A stretch of DNA of 64,000 nucleotides, from NCBI GenBank assembly GCA_023205875.1, contig CP060758.1, positions 372,001 through 436,000 of the forward strand. Direction: 5' to 3'. The position numbers were made by a program, and so were the translations under genes. The stretch is from Chloropicon primus (Eukaryota). Under the pieces are notes generated by a model. That model had not been told where the DNA came from. It searched no databases and saw nothing but the letters and a program-made list of their open reading frames with translations. The number at the start of each line of letters is the position of its first letter. Within the stretch, counting starts at the first letter, position 1. Below, one piece after another: positions 44,428 to 55,781 of this stretch.

Positions 44428-47400
44428 ATGGAGATGGAGGACGAGGGGAGGAAGAAGAAGGACAAGGAGGGGCCGGGGCCGTCCTCCGAGGGGTTGGTGG
44501 GGATGTCCTCGGGGGTGAGGTCGTCCGGAAGCAAGCTCTCCGGAAGCAAGTCCTCCGCGAGGTACAACAACACGTCTTCCCTGTCCAACACCTCTTCCGT
44601 TTGGCTGAGCAAACGGAGCGAGGACCAGAGCATGAGGTTCTCCCAGTCTCTGACCATGCACCCGCTCCTGCAAGGCTCGGGCGTTACGGGGCAGGGGAGC
44701 TTGAGCAGCGGGCACAGCGGCCCGGGGGACGCGGACATCACACGAATCTATCGCGGGGACCCGCTGATGGACACGCCGCTGGAGAACAAAATTTTTTGGG
44801 AGCACACCACGTGCCTGGGGTTGCGTTTCCGGCCTTTCGGCATCGAGCGCATCTTCCTGAACGGAAGGGCGAGGCAGCGGAAGGGCGTGGTCTACTTGGG
44901 GTACGTCCTCGTGCTTCTGATCTCCCTGCTGGAATTGCTCAAGGTCTACCTTCTGCAGAGGTACCGAGGTTTGGAGTGCCCCACGGACTACAGGGACGGG
45001 TACTGCGAGGACGTGACGAGGCTGCTGTTCACGGGGACGTACGAGTACTACTTTCGGTACACCTTCCCCGCTTACGTGGTGTTCACCGTGTTGGGCTGCG
45101 GCTCGCACTATATTATTCACCGGTCGGACGCGATCCCCGACAAGGCCTGGGCCATGCTGTGCACCTTCAGCCTCTACTTCATCTTCACTTTCGCTTCGTA
45201 CGTTGTCAGCATCGTGACGGACCACGTGCACTGGCCGGACCACTTCCTGCTGACTGCTTTGGAGATGTTGACGATCTACGTCTTCTTTTCGGGGACCCCG
45301 AGCTTCTCGACGTTCGTGATCCTTTGGATTCAAGCCATGCTGGTGTACTTCGTGGCTTTCCCCATCAAGTACGACGAGCTGAACGTCGACAAGGTGAACG
45401 GGAACATCGAGGCTGTGCAGCTGAAAGTGAACTTCATGGAGAGCACGTACCCCCTCGTCATGTCGACTTTCATTTTGCTCGTGGGTGCCTGGATGAACGA
45501 GCTCATGCGGCGCAAGCAGTTCCTGCAGCGGGTCATCATGGTCGACCAGCAAGATGAGATCATAGAGCAGAAGATCAAGAACACCGAGTTGCAGAAGGCA
45601 CTTCTTGAGAACATCCTGCCTTCTTCCATAGTCAGCAAGCTCGGGGAGCAAGACTTCGCAATGAAGTCGTGGGATCAACTCAGGAAGCTGTCGCAAAGAC
45701 ACTTTGGGGTCTGCATCCTTTTCGCAGAGCTCGAAGGGTTCACCGCCTTCTCGGCCCAGGTCAATGCCTCCAAGGTCATGGAGTACTTGAACGACGTGTT
45801 CCAGGTCTTCGATGGCTTGCTGGATGATTATGATGTGTACAAGGTTGAGACGGTGGGGGACCAGTACGTGGCCGCCGTGGGCGTCGTCACCGGGAAAATG
45901 CTGAACAGGAATGTCAGCAAGGATACGGATGACGGTGGCGATGTCAGTGGCTGTGGCTCCGTCACCTTTCAAAACCCCGTTGGCAATGGCAATGGAAGCA
46001 AGGAAGAGAACGACGGCGGCGGCGACGACGGTGGATGCAACATTGAGCTCACGTCTTCGTTCAACACCGGGAAAATGATTAGCTTCGCCAAGGCCATCAT
46101 GAAGGGTTCGAGGTGCGTGGAAGCTCCTGCGGCTGACGTGAAGCCTGTGCTGCGGATAGGGCTGCACACGGGGCCTTGCATGAGCGGAATCGTGGGAACA
46201 AAAAACTTCAGGTTTTGCTTGTTCGGAGACGCGATGAACACGTCGGCCAGGATGGTTCAGACCGGCCCGGCGAATTGCATACACACCACCAAAGATGTCG
46301 CCGACCTTACCCCCGAGGAGCCCTGGGAGAAGCTGAAGTTGATTGATGTGAAGGGAAAGGGTTCGATGCAAACGTACTTGCTGCGCCTGGAGGGGCAAGC
46401 AGACGTGGACGCGATCAGCAATTCCGTGCGGTCTTACGAGAACCCTTTGCTTCAGCACACTGACAGCAAAAGAAGCGAGCAATCAGAGGAGTCGTACACG
46501 TTTAAGCTGCTGAGGGACAACTCGCGTGTGGTGCCGGGGCACAACAAATACGAGGACATCTTGCCCGTGAAGGAGAGCATCTTCAAGGCGAAAACAACAC
46601 TTTTTGGCTTGTGGTTCAAGAGCCTCGAGTGGGAGCAGGCATACCTGGATGGCGAAGCGAGGATGGTGGAGACCGAGGTATACATAGGGTACCTCTTGTA
46701 CATTCTCGTGCTGCTCACGAACGTGCTCTATGGGTACATCAATTACAGAGTGCTCAACGAGATTTGCACGAGCGAACTGAGCGCCTACAGAGAGTACTGC
46801 CTCTTGAAGTTTGGTCGAAACGCACTTGATCTGGCAGTATCAGATCCGGCGGGGAGGCAAGTGACGTACGCGGAGCTCATGAACTTTGCAGTCATCCAGC
46901 TCAGCCCTGTGAGCCTGGGCGTCCTCATAAGTTTGAATTGCGTGGGCCCGATCCTGCATTACTGGATCCATAGAAGCAGCTACGTGAAAAAGAAGTCCTG
47001 GGCCCTTCTGACAGTTTTCGTGGTTTACACTCTCAAGTTAGTCGTCATCATGTACATGATGTACGATGGAGACGTGAAGTCAAGCACCGGCGAAAACATG
47101 GATGCGGAATGGCCATCGTCGTGGGGCCCCATGATCACGACCCAAGCCCTTCTCTTGGTTTTCTTCTCGGGTGTGCCCATGAAACTCTACTTGCTGTGGT
47201 GGATCATTGCGTGCGCTCTCTACTTCGGTCTCACGCTGCCCATCCTGCTGAAAGAGGGCGCCCTGCTGAGTCAAGGTGACTACAGCGTGGTCATCACAAA
47301 CAATGAGTACATCAAGGTGACGCTACTGGTCTTCATCTATGCCATCATTCTGAACGCTGGCAAGTATTTCAAAGACGTGTCGAACAGGAAAAGGTTCCTG

Positions 47401-48270
47401 CAGCGAGTCAGCGTCCTGAAGAGCCAGGACCAGATTATCCGGGAGAAGTCCAAAAACGAGAACTTGCAGAGGCAGTTCCTGGGGAACATTCTGCCTCCCC
47501 ACTTGGTGGAAGAGCTCGAGATTGACAAATGCAGCCCGCTCGCTTCAATCGAAAGGCTCAGAACCCTCACCGAAACGCACATGGGCGTCAGTATCCTGTA
47601 CGCCGATCTGGTTGGCTTCACGTGGTTCTCCGCGCAGGTCGATCCCTTCAAGGTCATGGTCTTCCTGAATAACGTGTTCCAGGTCTTTGACGGCCTGTGC
47701 GACGAGTACGGGGTCCAAAAAGTGGAGACCGTCGGTGACTGCTACGTGGCTTCCGTGGGCGTCCTGACTGGTGAGCTCGTGAACTTCAAGTCCCCCACGT
47801 TCTCGGAAACGGCCAGGGCGTTGTTCTCACTCCAAGGATCGAGCTCGTTCTATAAGAGCTCCAGCATACATCAAAGCGTCGCACACGACGTGACGGGGAA
47901 GTTCACGGACCACAGCTCCCTCAGAACCACGGCTTCCACGAATGCGAAGAGCCTTCTCGATTTCGCGAAGGCCATGATTTTGGGCTCGAGGAGGATCAAA
48001 AAGCCCACTCTGAGAACGCCCGCGACCATGCGCATCGGCATCCATGCCGGCTCCTGCATGAGTGGCATCATCGGCACGAAGAACCTGAAGTACTCCTTGG
48101 TCGGAGAAGACGTCGTGACCGCAGCGACAATGGAGCACGAGGGAAAGCCCGATGCCATTCACGCCTCGGACGAGATCGCTTTCCTTTTACCGGACGAGGA
48201 CTGGAAGAAATTCAAGCTCCTCAAAGACAGTTACGGCGAAGACATGCAGACGTACTTGCTCGAGGTCTAA
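44428..48270 (+). CDS. Class III nucleotidyl cyclase with two (6TM + catalytic domain) halves; predicted guanylyl cyclase
   Basis: Two hydrophobic blocks, each followed by LLENILP/FLGNILP, (F/Y)A(E/D)LxGFT, KVETVGD, RIG(L/I)H and MQTYLL. Confidence 0.88.
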   Translation: MEMEDEGRKKKDKEGPGPSSEGLVGMSSGVRSSGSKLSGSKSSARYNNTSSLSNTSSVWLSKRSEDQSMRFSQSLTMHPLLQGSGVTGQGSLSSGHSGPGDADITRIYRGDPLMDTPLENKIFWEHTTCLGLRFRPFGIERIFLNGRARQRKGVVYLGYVLVLLISLLELLKVYLLQRYRGLECPTDYRDGYCEDVTRLLFTGTYEYYFRYTFPAYVVFTVLGCGSHYIIHRSDAIPDKAWAMLCTFSLYFIFTFASYVVSIVTDHVHWPDHFLLTALEMLTIYVFFSGTPSFSTFVILWIQAMLVYFVAFPIKYDELNVDKVNGNIEAVQLKVNFMESTYPLVMSTFILLVGAWMNELMRRKQFLQRVIMVDQQDEIIEQKIKNTELQKALLENILPSSIVSKLGEQDFAMKSWDQLRKLSQRHFGVCILFAELEGFTAFSAQVNASKVMEYLNDVFQVFDGLLDDYDVYKVETVGDQYVAAVGVVTGKMLNRNVSKDTDDGGDVSGCGSVTFQNPVGNGNGSKEENDGGGDDGGCNIELTSSFNTGKMISFAKAIMKGSRCVEAPAADVKPVLRIGLHTGPCMSGIVGTKNFRFCLFGDAMNTSARMVQTGPANCIHTTKDVADLTPEEPWEKLKLIDVKGKGSMQTYLLRLEGQADVDAISNSVRSYENPLLQHTDSKRSEQSEESYTFKLLRDNSRVVPGHNKYEDILPVKESIFKAKTTLFGLWFKSLEWEQAYLDGEARMVETEVYIGYLLYILVLLTNVLYGYINYRVLNEICTSELSAYREYCLLKFGRNALDLAVSDPAGRQVTYAELMNFAVIQLSPVSLGVLISLNCVGPILHYWIHRSSYVKKKSWALLTVFVVYTLKLVVIMYMMYDGDVKSSTGENMDAEWPSSWGPMITTQALLLVFFSGVPMKLYLLWWIIACALYFGLTLPILLKEGALLSQGDYSVVITNNEYIKVTLLVFIYAIILNAGKYFKDVSNRKRFLQRVSVLKSQDQIIREKSKNENLQRQFLGNILPPHLVEELEIDKCSPLASIERLRTLTETHMGVSILYADLVGFTWFSAQVDPFKVMVFLNNVFQVFDGLCDEYGVQKVETVGDCYVASVGVLTGELVNFKSPTFSETARALFSLQGSSSFYKSSSIHQSVAHDVTGKFTDHSSLRTTASTNAKSLLDFAKAMILGSRRIKKPTLRTPATMRIGIHAGSCMSGIIGTKNLKYSLVGEDVVTAATMEHEGKPDAIHASDEIAFLLPDEDWKKFKLLKDSYGEDMQTYLLEV

Positions 48271-48779
48271 CCCAACTAAAACCCTTTCCCTCATTCATAA
48301 TAATCGTATTGAACTCGTTGCCTTGCATTCATCCAAACCATGAGAATGTTCTGCTTCGAGGCCAGGACCCTGCCCGACCGTGCCCTTGGGACTGACCCGG
48401 AGGAACGCATCGCAGTGGCGGGCGTGGTAAGATGAGGTGCCAAGCCACATCACCAATGCAATGCGTGGATCCCGAGGAGCCCTTCATCCACACACACACG
48501 CACGCACATCGCCAATCGCCCCTTCTCTGTAACCGTCATCCATTCATCCTCAAGATTATTTTCCCGCCACCTCCAGATCGAGCGAGAGGCGCTCAGAGAA
48601 AGAGAAAGAGAGAGAGAGAGAGAGGGAAGCAAAGGCGAAAGAAAGGGAACGGAAGCGTTCTGTCCCGAGGGATACGAACCCGAGCCGAGCCGAAGCGCGT
48701 TGTGATCTGCGGTACGCTCCTTCCTTTCCTTTGTTTTTTTTTTTTGGCTTCGTCTTCTTCTTCTCAGACGAGATCGAAG

Positions 48780-50216
48780 ATGGCTTTGGTGTCTCAGCTC
48801 AAAGGGGAGGAGGAGGAGGATCTGCAGCCCTTGAAGAAGAAGTTGAGGACGAACGGAGTCGGAACCAAGGACGGCGGTTGTCCCGGCGAAGGGGAGCGGA
48901 CGAACGGAGACAGCAGGGCAGGGACGAACAGCGAGGCGTCGCCTTCGATCGTGAAGGCGGAGGCCAGTGACGCCGTCCGTGAGGTGAAGCCAGAGACCCC
49001 TTCTGCCCCATCCCCTTTGCAGTATAGGCAGGTGAACGGTGCGTACACGGAGAGAGAGGCGTGGCTGACGAAGCAGGAGCTTGAGGGTGACATCAGGTTC
49101 GAGTGCATCAGGTACGATGACCGCAAGGAGGGCAACACGACGCACTTGGAGTGGCTGCTCGCTTTGAAGAATATTTTCTCCAGGCAGCTGCCCAATATGC
49201 CAAAGGAGTACATCGCCAGGCTCGTCTTTGATAAGCACCATAGGTCGATGGTCGCTTTGAAGAAGGACAAGGTGTTCGGGGGGTGCACATTTAGATGTTT
49301 TGAGAACCAGGAGTTCGGGGAGATCGTGTTCTTGGCCATTGCCGCCCAAGAGCAAGTGCGCGGTTACGGCACGAGACTCATGAACCACCTCAAGGAGTTC
49401 GCCAAGCGGGAGGAGAAGCTGACCCACTTCTTGACGTACGCGGACAACAATGCGATCGGTTACTTCCAGAAACAGGGTTTCACGAGGGAGATCTTTTTGG
49501 AGAGGGAGAAGTGGGGGGGATTCATCAAGGACTACGACGGTGGCACGCTCATGGAGTGCGCGCTGAACTTCCAGCTGTCCTACACGCAGTTCTCCAAGAT
49601 CATCAAGCAGCAGAGGGATTTCTTGGACTCTCAGGTGAAGAAGATAAGCAGGTCTCACATAGTATACCCCGGCCTGCAGTTCTTCAAGGACCTGAAGCCG
49701 GGAGAATACAAGAGGGCCGACATCGCGGGTATACCGGGCGTGAACGAGGCCCTTGAACTGAAGAAGAAAGAGACGGATTCAAGTGATAGTGCACCTGTTG
49801 GGTCGGAAGAAGAGCAGAGGGCTGCTTCTTTGGGCCTGACCAAAGCCAAGTTCCAGCTCGTCACCCCCGCTGGCTTGGTCACCCCAAGTATGCCGAGCTT
49901 GCATTCCTTCATGACCAGAGTTCACGCGGCAGTCGTTGATCACGCGGACAGCTGGCCCTTCAAAGAACCCGTCGATCCTCTGGAGGTTCCAGACTACCAC
50001 GACGTCATCAAGGATCCCGTTGACCTGAGTCTCGTTGCCAGGAGAATCTGCTCGTACGAGTACTACATCAAGCTGGAAATCTTCGTAGCCGATTTCAAGA
50101 TGATGTTCACCAACGCGAGGATGTACAACTCACCAGACACGATTTATTACAAGTGCGCGAACAGGCTGGAATCGTTTTTTGACGACCAAATAAGGAGCGG
50201 CATATCCTTCACATGA
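48780..50216 (+). CDS. GCN5: Histone acetyltransferase GCN5 (GNAT + bromodomain)
   Basis: QLPNMPKEYIARLV, QVRGYGT, YADNNAIGYFQKQGF and IKDYDGGTLM. Bromodomain WPFKEPVD...PDY...NARMYN. Confidence 0.96.
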   Translation: MALVSQLKGEEEEDLQPLKKKLRTNGVGTKDGGCPGEGERTNGDSRAGTNSEASPSIVKAEASDAVREVKPETPSAPSPLQYRQVNGAYTEREAWLTKQELEGDIRFECIRYDDRKEGNTTHLEWLLALKNIFSRQLPNMPKEYIARLVFDKHHRSMVALKKDKVFGGCTFRCFENQEFGEIVFLAIAAQEQVRGYGTRLMNHLKEFAKREEKLTHFLTYADNNAIGYFQKQGFTREIFLEREKWGGFIKDYDGGTLMECALNFQLSYTQFSKIIKQQRDFLDSQVKKISRSHIVYPGLQFFKDLKPGEYKRADIAGIPGVNEALELKKKETDSSDSAPVGSEEEQRAASLGLTKAKFQLVTPAGLVTPSMPSLHSFMTRVHAAVVDHADSWPFKEPVDPLEVPDYHDVIKDPVDLSLVARRICSYEYYIKLEIFVADFKMMFTNARMYNSPDTIYYKCANRLESFFDDQIRSGISFT

Positions 50217-50295
50217 TCATTTTGTATAGTATACATCGCACAAGTATCAGGTTTCAAAGGAAAGTCTAGTCTAGCCAATCCATCGATTCCCCTCC

Positions 50296-53200
50296 TCAGT
50301 CTTCCTCCTCGCTCTCTTCCTCAGAATACTCCGACTCTTCTTCGCTTTCGCCTTCCTTGTCCGCGGCGTCCCCGGCGACAGAGGGGGCTCTGGATGCTGA
50401 TCTGGACGTGGCCCTCGACAGCGTCTTCGTCGGGGAGGGAGGGGCGCTCTCTACCCTGCTCATCCGATCCTCCTCCAGCTCTGCATCCATGGTTTCCTTT
50501 GCGTAGGCCACTCCCGAGCTCTGTGAGACTCGTTCGGCCATCTCGGCCCTCCACTCCAGGTAGGACTCCGCCTTCCTTGGCTTCATCTTCTCGTACAGCT
50601 TCCTTCCCCTGGCCTCTTTTTGCATCGCGCCCGCGTACTTCCTCGGCACGAAATGAGGAATCTTCAATTTCGACTTCACCTTGATGTTTGTTGCCGGCTC
50701 CGCCATCTCCCCCTCCCTCTGGTTGTCCACGAGCCTGACGAGGACGCTTGGGGCCTCCTTTGCTATCCTCAGGCGGGCTTGCTCCAGACCCGTCTTGGCC
50801 ACTTCAGGAAAATGCGTCGACCACATGCTCTCGAGGAAGGAGAAGGAAGGGGATCCCATGAACAGGGGCAGGTTGTAATACCCGGTGCACACGTGCTGCT
50901 CGCTTCCGTGGCCCTTGTAGAACACCGGCAAGGCAGTCCACCCGATCGTGGTCAGCCTGGAGGACTTTGCATTCCAGTAACGCACTTCGATGACGACACA
51001 GAGATACGGATCGTAAGGGACGAAGGGGAACCTGATCAGGCCATCTTCCCAGACGGGGCACACACCCTTGCCCTTTGGGTCGTGCCTGAACATAAACGCA
51101 ACGTCCTCCGTCACTTTCATTGCATTGGCCATTCTCCCGCTGTTCTCGTAGAAGGCGCCAGGTGGGTTGAGAGACACAAACGCAAAGGCGGGGAGGCCCT
51201 TGACGAGGTTCTTGGCCCCATCCACTGCGACAGAGAACCCGAGCTTATCCAAGTACGTGAAGCTGTGGCCGTAGTTGATCATGACGTCGTTCTTCAGATC
51301 CGGGCGCTGCAGACGATTCCTCACCCATTCCATCAGCATGTTCCCTCCGCCTTCTCTGTCGTCCTCTTCCAAGTCTTGGATCTCGTCGTCCGTGAAGAAA
51401 GACTTCTTGAGCAGCTCTGAGGTGGAAAGGAAGGATCTCGTCTTCAGCTTGAACGGGTACATCAGCTTCTCGCACTCTATGGGCTCCGATTGCCGGGTGT
51501 CGTACTCCATGCTGCCGTACTCTGGCAGTCGGTCCCCCCTCAGCATGACGAGGTCGTCTTCCTCTGGAGTCAAAATCCTGACGAGCAAGCTCGCGCAGGA
51601 GATTCTAGGGCAATGCTCCTGAAAGGCCTCCTCGTCAAAGGAAGCCAAGGCCACCTTCGTGGTCTCCAGATCATTTTTGTTCCTGTCCATCTCCTTGGAG
51701 AAGGCGTGGGCGCTGGCTTCCTGGGGGGGCAAGCAGTTGTGCAGCGGAATTTGGTAGGATCCGCTCCTCAGTGTGTAGTCCCCCGCGTGGTCAGGCTTGG
51801 GCTGTTTCTCCGTATCGGGGTCCAGGAAGATCGGGAGGCAGGCATAGCCAACAACGCAAAATTCCTCTGAATTTTTCTCCAGGGTCTCGACCGTAAGGAG
51901 CGCCATGACTGTTGGATCGTCCCAATACTCCGTATTCACGAAGCAGCGGAGCCTGTACCTTGGAGAGTAAGCAGAGGCGTCCAAGGACCCTATGCTTTCG
52001 ATGTTATCCCCGACTTGCTCCCTCTCACTCGTCAGGAATCTCACTGTTATCTTCGTCGCCGTTACGTTCTCTGGGAAGAACCTGCCGGCGTCGACTCGGA
52101 TGACAAATCCATCGCCTGGCTGAAAGGTCTCAAGCGACTGCAAGGCGCGCCTTGATCTCACCCAAGCCTCGGGCGGGATGCTGGACACGTCACGGGACTT
52201 TGACATCGTCCTCCTCTCTTCGGAAGAGGGCCGTCGCTTGCTGCCACTGGCGTCAGAAGGACCACCAACCGATTGACTGCTCAGTGTCCTCTTCTCCAAG
52301 TCTGCCAGCTCCCCCCTCCCAACTTTCTGTTTCGTTATGTTGACGTCAAGCTCCAGAGACGTCCCCTTCATAGCGGACTGCTTCCCTGCAGACCCCAGAA
52401 TTTTGGGCAAGTGGTACACAGGGATCGTCTGGTGCCCCTCTATGTGCTGGTTTGTCTCTTGGTTCACCAAGGGAATCATGGCCCAGCACACGACTTGGGG
52501 GAGGTTGAAAGTCGAGCCTTTGCTGTACATTTTCTTGAGCTTGTCCCAGCCCTCTTCCTTCTCCTCGTCCTCCTCCCTCTGCACTTCGAGTATGGTTTGG
52601 ATCTCCAGCACCACTTGGGAGGCCGGGTTGATCTGCACGCCAGGAATCGTCAGCTTGTCCCTCCACGTGAAGAAGTTGGTCGCCGTGCTCTCGGAGTACA
52701 CCGGAAAGACGTAAGAAGTGGAGCTGGCCTCCCCAGTCACCGTCCCTGCTTCGGTCGGACCGGGGGAGAGAGCCTCCTCCTGCAGTTGCACACCGTCGTA
52801 GATCTGCGCGGTGACACGAACCTTCCCTTGGAGCATGAAATTGGTTGTCATCATCCTATTCATGTTGATCGTGATTGTGTAAGTCTCCGCCGGAGGCAAA
52901 GGCGATGCCGCAGGCTGCTCCAAGCTTTCCTTCACCAAGCTCAACGGGAAGGCGCCCGGTGGTCCAAGCACTTTGGCGTGAGCGCGCACAACGTTGCTGC
53001 TCGGTGGAGGGTCCGCCTCCTCCCGATGATCAGCATGTTCCTGTTGCTGCGGTCCTCCACTTGCCAGCAAGCCCCGTGCGACCAGGCCACGCGTCGGCGA
53101 GGCCGTTCTTATACGCGGGTGCTCTTTTTCATCTGCCTTGGGAGACCGGGAACTCGTTAGCAAAAAAAGTGTTGCCTTTGCTCTCGCGAAGAGGGAAGCG

Positions 53201-54134
53201 GGGAACAGAATCCTCGCGGCACATGGCGCGGTCACTTACCGCGCAATTTCGATATTTCTGTCCTCATCTTTTCTAGCTCGACTTCCCTCTGCATGCGCTC
53301 CATCTCGTACTGCAGCTTGAGCATCTCCCTCATGTGGCTCTTGTGGAGCTGGATCATCTCCGAGTCCCTCTGGATCGGCTTGGGCAAATCCTCGTCACAC
53401 TCCTCGACGTCTTCGTCCATCTTCACCCTCGCCCTCTGCTTGGTCTCCTCCCCTCGCGCCTTGGAGGCGTTTCCCAGAGACACCTCCTGCAAGGCCTTGA
53501 TCTGAGCCTGGAGCTCGCGCACGTACGAAGGAACCCGGTCCTCTTCCGCAACCTGGACGGAGCTCCTCCTTCTGGTTTTGCCCGATGTGGCACTCAACTT
53601 GGAGCTCCTCATCCTCTCGGCCTTGGCCTCCTTGTCCCTCTCCCTCTGGTCGTGGATCTCCTGGGTCCTCCTCTTCGCCTCCCTGAGCTCTTGAGCCTCC
53701 TTCTCCCGCCTCAGCCTCTCCTTCCGCTTCGCTTCCCTCCGCTCATCCTGCTCCACATGCCGCCTGGCCTCCTCCACGCTCTCTCCCCTCTTCAACCTGT
53801 CGACCAGCTTCTGGGATGACCGACTGTCCTCGATGAGCCGCGTGATGAGGTTCTCCCTCGCGGTGAACTTCTTCCTGTTCAGGTCGGCACTGGAAGCAAA
53901 GCCAGCGTCCTCCACCCTGGCGGAGAACCCTCTCTTCTCCATCTCTTGCGTCAGCTTGGCCCTCTGCTTCAAAAGATCAAGCCTTTGCTCTTTCAGGTGA
54001 GCCATGCTCTCGTTGAAGGCCAACAGCTTGGCCTCCATTTCCCTTTCCTTGGTCACACCGGAGGCCTCCTCAAGCTCCTCCACTTTGGTCATGATGGCCT
54101 CCTTCTGCCTCTCCAGGCTCTCGTCATCCTCCAT
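50296..54134 (-). CDS. Coiled-coil + C2-like multidomain protein, CCDC17-like (putatively ciliary)
   Basis: The two ORFs join through phase-1 intron 53239-53133 (GTAAGT, CTAAC, CAG). C2-like cores VVCWAMIPL, VVGYACLPIF and IGWTALPVF...YNLPLF. An extra 5' exon is possible. Confidence 0.55.
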
Positions 54135-54529
54135 GGCGGCGATGTTTATGCCTTCCTATGCCAATGACGCCGACCCCTGCCCCAGCGACCTTTGCCCTTC
54201 CCTTGTGCCCTCATGCAAGGACCTCCGCCATCTCCTTGGGCACCTTTGGCTTCCCGCCTCGGACAAGTGAAGCCTCATCATCATCATCATCATCATCATC
54301 ATCAGAGGAGGAGGAGGAGGAGGGTGAAGGGAGGAGAAAGGGGCAGAGTCGTTGCTCCTGAGACTTTTGATCAATCCTCCTTCGCCCTCTCTGTGTCTCT
54401 TCTGGAGGAATTCAAGAGGATTCGATCATCACCCCTTGGCCTCAGCCTCAGCCTCAACCCCCAGGAGGAGGAGGGGATGTGCAGAGAGTGTGAAGGGAGG
54501 AGCAGAATCCTTGCTCCTCGAACTTTCGA

Positions 54530-54532
<3 letters not shown>

Positions 54533-54617
<85 letters not shown>

Positions 54618-54625
54618 TGTGTGTG
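54533..54625. repeat. Compound (CT)n(GT)n microsatellite
   Basis: Directly visible dinucleotide runs. Confidence 0.95.
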
Positions 54626-55014
54626 TTCTCTGTGGGCTCCAAACTTGGGACAACATCGTTTTGGAGTCAACTCGGAGAGAGAGGAGAGAGAGAGAGAGGC
54701 AGGAGGGCGGACGAGAGAGGAGAAGTTTCATCGCATCCCATCGCATCGCATCGCTTCACTTCACTTCTCTACCACTGCACAACCTTCACCATCACCAACC
54801 AGAGATGTGAGGATCTCATATCATATCATCATCAATCTGGATCAGGTTGCTGCAGAGGAGCGGCGAGCGGCGAGGCGCTTAGGGAGAATCGAGGTAAGAG
54901 GGAGGGAGGTCGCGGCCAGGGTCGGGAACCAAGGCGGGCGGAGGCGTTACCACGGGAAGCGTCACGTCTTGATCTTTCGCTTCACCCCTTGATCGAGCGA
55001 AACAGGCCAACGTG

Positions 55015-55773
55015 ATGGTGGTGGTTGCGCGGGCGAGCGGGCGGGCTTGGTGTGGGAGGAAGGGGAGGGGGAGCGGAGTGGAGAGGTCCTGCGGTTGCGT
55101 AAGGGCAGCGAGGCCGCGGAGGGAACGTTTCGTGGTCCGGGCTTCCAAGGTGTTCGAATGGGAGTACGAGGACGGGGAGGCCACGGGCTCGGAGGCGAGC
55201 GAGCTGGTGAAGGGGTTGGCGAGCAAGCTGCAGACGGAGACGCCTCTTTTCGGCCTGCTGAACAAGCTGTTCAGTCCCGCGGGGGTGTCGGGTGAGCTGA
55301 CGTACCAGGAGTTCTCGAGGGCATTGTACGACAACGTCTCGAGCCAGTTCCACATTTCGTGCGAGAACTTGGAGAAGAGGTTCGGGGACATCGCGGGAGT
55401 GAGGGGTTGCATCTTTTGCCTGTGGCTGGCGTGCTACGGGACGGGCGTGGTCAAGGAGGAGGCGATGGCCGAGTCGTGCAGCAAGCTGAGGCAGAACGAG
55501 GACCTCTCGTATTTCATCGAACTTTTTGAGTACCAGAAGGACGAGGCCAAGGATCTCCGGGCGAAGAAGGGGGTGGAGGCACCTCGAGTCACCCAGGAGA
55601 ATAAGATCAGAGTGGCCATCGACAACATGCTGAGCTTGATGAACCTTGACGCGATTGACGGGGAGACGCAGATCGACTTTTATGAGATCCTCTGGTGCTG
55701 CTTTCCCTCCTCCGAGCCATCGTTCGTGAAGAACCTTATTTCCACCCACCCGAAGGCAGTAAGACAAGTATAA
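55015..55773 (+). CDS. PSA3: Photosystem I assembly factor PSA3-like plastid protein
   Basis: Transit peptide. LQ..TPLFGLL.KL, L.YQEFSR, CLWLA..G.G.V..E and KLR...D...E pattern recalled from the PSA3 family. Confidence 0.6.
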   Translation: MVVVARASGRAWCGRKGRGSGVERSCGCVRAARPRRERFVVRASKVFEWEYEDGEATGSEASELVKGLASKLQTETPLFGLLNKLFSPAGVSGELTYQEFSRALYDNVSSQFHISCENLEKRFGDIAGVRGCIFCLWLACYGTGVVKEEAMAESCSKLRQNEDLSYFIELFEYQKDEAKDLRAKKGVEAPRVTQENKIRVAIDNMLSLMNLDAIDGETQIDFYEILWCCFPSSEPSFVKNLISTHPKAVRQV

Positions 55774-55781
55774 TACATTGC

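Noticed and set aside
44269..46482. 737-aa minus-strand ORF
   Set aside because: Antisense to the cyclase gene, with no motifs.
48432..48779. N-terminal extension of the GCN5 ORF
   Set aside because: It runs through (CA)n/(GA)n and poly-T tracts typical of UTR or intron. ATG 48780 is preferred.
54150..54990. ORFs with poly-His, poly-Met, ER and CV runs
   Set aside because: Translations of microsatellites.
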